Both the position numbers and the translations under genes were made by a program. This document shows, piece after piece, positions 62,601-64,000 of a DNA stretch of 64,000 nt (the first letter of the stretch is position 1; every line of letters begins with the position of its first letter). This DNA comes from Podarcis pityusensis (Eukaryota): assembly GCA_964106645.2 (NCBI GenBank), contig OZ067051.1. One strand, 5' to 3'. The notes below the pieces were generated by a model. It saw nothing but the letters and a program-made list of their open reading frames with translations. It did no database searches and had not been told where the DNA came from.

Positions 62601-63030
62601 TGAAATTAATAAACCTAAGTTATTCACATCCACTAACTTCAGTAGGTCTACTCTGTGTAGGACTAGCACTGCATACCACCCTAACTTCTGTCCATTAATA
62701 TCATTGAGTCTGCTATGAGTAGGTTTTGGGTACAACCATAAGCACCCAACTTATTGCAATAAGAAATAACTGGTGTGAGTTATGTGGTTAACAAGGGTTG
62801 GACTGAATTCATAGCATTTAACATTTATAACAATATAATTTATTCTACAGACAAATTACTTTTAAAATAAGTTATCTGCTAAGTTCTAACTTCTTCCTCG
62901 TTCTTTATTTTTTTAGGAGACAACTGAAAAACCATTCCAGATAGTGGAGCTAAGAATTTTTTCTAACTGGGGCCATACAGAGTACACTTGCCTCTATCGG
63001 TTTAGAGTGCATGGGAGACCTGCTGAATGA
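29626..63030 (+). CDS. SUN1: SUN1 (SUN domain-containing protein 1, LINC complex inner nuclear membrane protein); 22 coding exons, 2748 nt, 915 aa if all cassette exons are included
   Basis: Starts MDFSRLHTYTPPQCVPENTGYTYALSSSYSS..., contains FWGLDDDGDLKG and a TM segment LLLFLLPLLLLLGLWHWG, and ends in a SUN domain (DFALESGGGSILSTRCSETY...GNCWAFKG...SNWGHTEYTCLYRFRVHG). All junctions are GT-AG and phase-compatible. Confidence 0.97.
30942..31911. mobile_element. Possible old non-autonomous hAT element
   Basis: Left end cagcccaagagccacattcc...gggcaaccttctgagggccacatgcc and right end ttcggcccctgtgcttgaacttccccatctg resemble hAT subterminal motifs; no TSD verified. Confidence 0.4.
32352..32527 (-). 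mobile_element. Degenerate Squam3-like SINE
   Basis: Reverse complement of the 15.8 kb element type (ggaagctgctttatacc...tctgccgctgagcta). Confidence 0.6.
32893..33249 (-). mobile_element. Full-length Sauria SINE with 12-bp TSD
   Basis: Minus strand: tRNA-like head GGGACGCGGGTGGCGCTGTGGG...GGTTCAAATCCCC and ACCTTT tail. TSD AATCCTAAATTA at 32881-32892 and 33250-33261. CpGs largely intact. Confidence 0.92.
33413..33950 (-). mobile_element. L2 LINE 3' fragment including ORF2 C-terminus
   Basis: Minus strand translates LWKLQLVQNAAAQLLTGVRPRQHITPLLRYLH, the L2 ORF2 C-terminal motif; (AAT)n tail near 33413. Confidence 0.8.
34291..34400 (+). mobile_element. Penelope-like element terminal fragment
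   Basis: tctgaagaagtgtgcatgcacacgaaagcttatacc...gttggtctttaaggtgctac resembles sauropsid Penelope/Neptune termini; related piece ttttgctaccacagactaacatggct at ~33312-33337. Confidence 0.6.
35360..35563 (+). CDS. SUN1: SUN1 coding exon 2 (204 bp)
   Basis: tttatag|T TCA AGC TAC; SSYSSTALDFETEHKLDPVFDSPRMSRRSLRL...; AA|gtaagc. Confidence 0.93.
37960..38095 (-). mobile_element. LINE 3' end (probably L2 clade); shorter copies at ~27078-27138 and ~28320-28377
   Basis: Shared ttattatt...cccatctggctggg..tcccc motif next to (ATT)n tails at three loci. Confidence 0.65.
38282..38472 (+). CDS. SUN1: SUN1 coding exon 3 (191 bp)
   Basis: tttaag|G TTT; FVKQRKS...STILDESSIQEQTAVDHFW; G|gtaggt. Confidence 0.92.
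38658..38697. repeat. Compound (TA)n(CA)n microsatellite
   Basis: tatatatatatata followed by about 14 CA units. Confidence 0.93.
38731..38913 (+). mobile_element. Degenerate Squam3-like SINE
   Basis: ggccatagctca head; 3' end agacaatactgagctagatggacca...ggcagcttcctatg. Confidence 0.65.
39277..39630 (-). mobile_element. Full-length Sauria SINE (different subfamily)
   Basis: Same head (B box GGTTCGAATCC) and core (ggaaatgccgtttaccttcc...cctatttatctacttgcac) as the 32.9 kb copy, (ACCTTT)n tail, divergent 3' third; no TSD seen. Confidence 0.9.
40895..40921 (+). CDS. SUN1: SUN1 coding exon 4 (27-bp microexon)
   Basis: ttttcag|GT CTT GAT GAT GAT GGT GAT CTC AAA G|gtaacc; GLDDDGDLK. Confidence 0.92.
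41009..41203 (+). CDS. SUN1: SUN1 coding exon 5 (195 bp)
   Basis: caacag|GT GGA; GGDTTVIQGNGDL...NGYTCSDCSMLSERKEVLTAY...SRIYSRDRSQKHKS; A|gtaagt. Confidence 0.92.
42390..42512 (+). CDS. SUN1: SUN1 coding exon 6 (123 bp, phase 1-1, probable cassette)
   Basis: ttttaatag|GG GGC; RGLPFYTNQILRAAKYTTTSFSSLIVQLFQMILLKLGYDCK; G|gtattt. Confidence 0.85.
44132..44215 (+). CDS. SUN1: SUN1 coding exon 7 (84 bp, phase 1-1, probable cassette)
   Basis: ctgcag|CT CAC; AHSSYCGSMNVKEFLREDGHLGMNGESM; T|gtaagt. Confidence 0.87.
44782..44892 (+). CDS. SUN1: SUN1 coding exon 8 (111 bp, phase 1-1, probable cassette)
   Basis: caacag|GT GAT GAC TGT; CDDCKGKKHLETHTTAHMQSSRSKRVARTIWHIFSYT; weak donor G|gttgac. Confidence 0.87.
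45595..45693 (+). CDS. SUN1: SUN1 coding exon 9 (99 bp, phase 1-1)
   Basis: attag|GT TAC; GYFLLHMLQRMGTAGWFVSRKILSLLWLAVVSP; weak donor G|gttact. Confidence 0.88.
46150..46584. mobile_element. GC-rich non-autonomous hAT element (Tip100-like ends)
   Basis: TIR CAGTGGC..AG / CT..GCCACTG; perfect 8-bp TSD TGTAGACT at 46142-46149 and 46585-46592. Confidence 0.88.
47544..47637 (+). CDS. SUN1: SUN1 coding exon 10 (94 bp)
   Basis: atctag|GG AAG; GKAAAGVFWWLGTGWYQLVTLISLLNVFLLTR; AG|gtttgt. Confidence 0.92.
48573..48814. mobile_element. Complete Tc1/mariner (pogo/Tigger-like) MITE
   Basis: 15-bp perfect TIR CAGTGGTACCTCGGG / CCCGAGGTACCACTG, TA on both sides, internal repeats of (t/c)(a/g)ggtta. 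Confidence 0.9.
49484..49542 (+). CDS. SUN1: SUN1 coding exon 11 (59 bp; transmembrane segment)
   Basis: ttccag|A TGC; CLPKIFRLLLFLLPLLLLL; G|gtaggc. Confidence 0.92.
49689..49876. mobile_element. hAT (Charlie-like) MITE A
   Basis: 14-bp TIR CAGGGATGTCCAAC / GTTGGACATCCCAG (1 mismatch); 8-bp TSD ATCTAGAA on both sides. Confidence 0.88.
49885..50014. mobile_element. Palindromic hAT-type MITE B
   Basis: tttcccaaacttgg...ggactacaactcccatcatc / gatgatgggaagtgaagtcc...ccaagtttgggaaa; ATCTAGAA on both sides. Confidence 0.82.
50351..50518 (-). mobile_element. Degenerate Squam3-like SINE
   Basis: ggaagctcctttattc...ttggtcca...ggagatgctggagattg...gcatgcag...actgag. Confidence 0.55.
50578..50835. 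mobile_element. hAT Charlie-group MITE (OposCharlie/OC1-like ends)
   Basis: Imperfect TIR CACGAGTAGGCAAAC / GTTTGCTGACTCCTG; TSD ATGTAGAC / ATATAGAC (7 of 8 match); subterminal ggtctgagggatagtggaccggcc. Confidence 0.8.
50983..51128 (+). CDS. SUN1: SUN1 coding exon 12 (146 bp)
   Basis: Long pyrimidine tract, ttttag|GA TTA TGG; GLWHWGTEGFLSLLPALNW...ALPYPD; GAT|gtaagt. Confidence 0.9.
51600..51908 (+). mobile_element. Old L2-like 3' fragment ending just before SUN1 coding exon 13
   Basis: tctggaataaactccc...ttttaggcaaaacagtggagacaattttattt...ttgtaaaccactatga...gtataaatgaataaata. Confidence 0.5.
51925..52161 (+). CDS. SUN1: SUN1 coding exon 13 (237 bp; coiled coil)
   Basis: ttatag|GAA ACT ATG; ETMKVFDADRVIELEKKMAF...LLQSLQDQVTQM...LHPA; GCG|gtaatt. 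The acceptor is weak, so the 5' boundary is less certain. Confidence 0.85.
52753..52839 (+). CDS. SUN1: SUN1 coding exon 14 (87 bp)
   Basis: tttaaag|CGT GAC; RDFLTLHQEHEWRIVALEDLLAKLSQKSE; GAG|gtaatg. Confidence 0.91.
54072..54115 (+). CDS. SUN1: SUN1 coding exon 15 (44 bp)
   Basis: tttttcag|GGC; GLQKELELTKAQRM; AG|gtatgg. Confidence 0.9.
54917..55055 (+). CDS. SUN1: SUN1 coding exon 16 (139 bp)
   Basis: tgtcag|T GAC; DTDEQNKHLLSKIKHLELELGHMKSEL...KTCCDRMDTLHEK; AAG|gtaagt. Confidence 0.91.
55677..55931 (+). CDS. SUN1: SUN1 coding exon 17 (255 bp)
   Basis: ttctag|GTA GAT; VDAQVKESVK...FVSKSDLQNLLQDLELQILKNIT...SGITEA; GCG|gtaagt. Confidence 0.93.
58045..58129 (+). CDS. SUN1: SUN1 coding exon 18 (85 bp)
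   Basis: ttgcag|CAA GCA; QARIIVNNALKLFSQDKTGMVDFALESG; G|gtaagt. Confidence 0.94.
59603..59718 (+). CDS. SUN1: SUN1 coding exon 19 (116 bp; SUN domain, KASH lid)
   Basis: ttcaag|GT GGC; GGSILSTRCSETYETKTALISLFGIPLWYFSQSPRVVIQ; CAG|gtaatt. Confidence 0.95.
61112..61279 (+). CDS. SUN1: SUN1 coding exon 20 (168 bp; SUN domain)
   Basis: cttaag|CCT GAC; PDMYPGNCWAFKGSQGYLVVRLS...SAPKDFSVY; TAT|gtaagc. Confidence 0.95.
61924..62016 (+). CDS. SUN1: SUN1 coding exon 21 (93 bp; SUN domain)
   Basis: ggcag|GGT CTT; GLESEYEQEGVLLGQYIYDQDGEPLQMFQVT; ACG|gtatgt. Confidence 0.94.
62507..62738. mobile_element. PIF/Harbinger-type palindromic MITE with a second copy (62569-62681) nested in its centre
   Basis: Outer TIR TGGTTGTGTCCAA / TTGGGTACAACCA with TAA at 62504-62506 and 62739-62741; inner copy flanked by TAA at 62566-62568 and 62682-62684. 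Confidence 0.8.
62917..63030 (+). CDS. SUN1: SUN1 terminal coding exon (114 bp CDS, stop TGA 63028-63030)
   Basis: ttttag|GAG ACA; ETTEKPFQIVELRIFSNWGHTEYTCLYRFRVHGRPAE*. Confidence 0.95.
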   Translation, partial: ETTEKPFQIVELRIFSNWGHTEYTCLYRFRVHGRPAE

Positions 63031-63990
63031 ATCCTATGTACCCTTTCCTACTTCTTGATGTATATTTTTTCTGTTTATATGTATATAAAGGGAAAGCCTG
63101 GAACACTGGAATTCTTAAAAGATACGTGATGGGCTGCAGGTTCCAAGTTCTTGGCTAAGTATAGAAGACTGCCAACAGAATTGTATATCAAACCAAATGG
63201 TTATTTGCTCGGATGCTCAGCTTGTACCTTCCAGACAGCTTTATATTTTTAACGTGTTCATTCTAAGAAAAATATTGCATGCCAACCGCTCTCATTTGCA
63301 AAACTCAGTTAACAAGCTAGTAAATATCTATTTTATTACTTTGCAATATAAGCTTTTTAAAACTTCTTTTTTTGGCAGCTAGGAATCTGTTTTCATTGTG
63401 GGGGCTCACCTTCCCCACGTATATGATTTTTAAAAAAAGGACCGTGGATGCAGTCCACCATGTTCTGCAGTTAAATAGTTTCCAGTCACTTTGACAGGGT
63501 TTGCATGTGGTTCCAGCACTCTTTAAGGGATGGAGACTGTGTGGCACCAGTAGTTGCTGCATTGCCTTTTGGCCACAACCTCCCAGACCTGGTGCCACTT
63601 CACATACTTTAAATTCTCAGCAGGATTTGACACCAGTGTTGTGTTTTTGAGGGAAAGGTTCTGATTTCATCTGGAATTGTCTAAGAACATCTTGCTAAAA
63701 GACACATTTGGTAAGAATATATTATGTTTTAATGTTACAGATAGGAAAGGGATAGAGCCAGAAGTCTATTCAGACTGGTAACCAAACTGGAAAAACAAAA
63801 GAAAAAAGCATCATTAACAGGTGTTTTAAACATAAATGGGTTTAAATTTTGATTTTTTAATAACTTTCCTTTTAAGCAAGTTGATGGTTACAGTAGCTAA
63901 TAGCAGTTGAATGAATTAGAAGGTTTCCATGAGTGCTAAGTACAAATTTGGCCAAGCTTTTCAGCGTAATATCAACAGAAGTATATGCTG

Positions 63991-63996
63991 AATAAA
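63991..63996 (+). terminator. Candidate SUN1 polyadenylation signal (implies a ~1 kb 3' UTR)
   Basis: AATAAA at the window end, ~960 nt after the stop; downstream element not visible. Confidence 0.45.
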
Positions 63997-64000
63997 GGAG

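Overview
This is vertebrate genomic DNA, most likely from a lacertid lizard, inferred from Sauria SINEs and other squamate-type repeats. It holds two + strand genes in the same order as human 7p22.3. The first is the last four coding exons and 3' end of DNAAF5 (HEATR2), at about 3995-9830. The second is an apparently complete SUN1 gene: a CpG-island promoter and non-coding first exon near 13.0-14.0 kb, a ~16 kb first intron, and 22 GT-AG coding exons from 29626 to 63030. These exons join in frame to 2748 nt (915 aa), encoding a nucleoplasmic N-terminus, a TM segment, coiled coils and a C-terminal SUN domain. Introns contain Sauria and tRNA-derived SINEs, CR1, L2 and Penelope fragments, a decayed DIRS-like retrotransposon, and many hAT, Tc1/mariner and PIF-type MITEs. 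Nearly all ORFs in the supplied track are spurious or partial exon read-throughs. I find no convincing new biological system. The best leads are: (i) an internally repeated CxxC + amphipathic-helix module in SUN1, built from frame-preserving cassette exons with RBFOX/QKI-type motifs nearby; (ii) a splice-switchable micro-uORF before the SUN1 start; (iii) a LINE tail carrying AATAAA next to a SUN1 acceptor; (iv) nested and same-site MITE insertions. All family names and homology calls come from recognition, not database searches.
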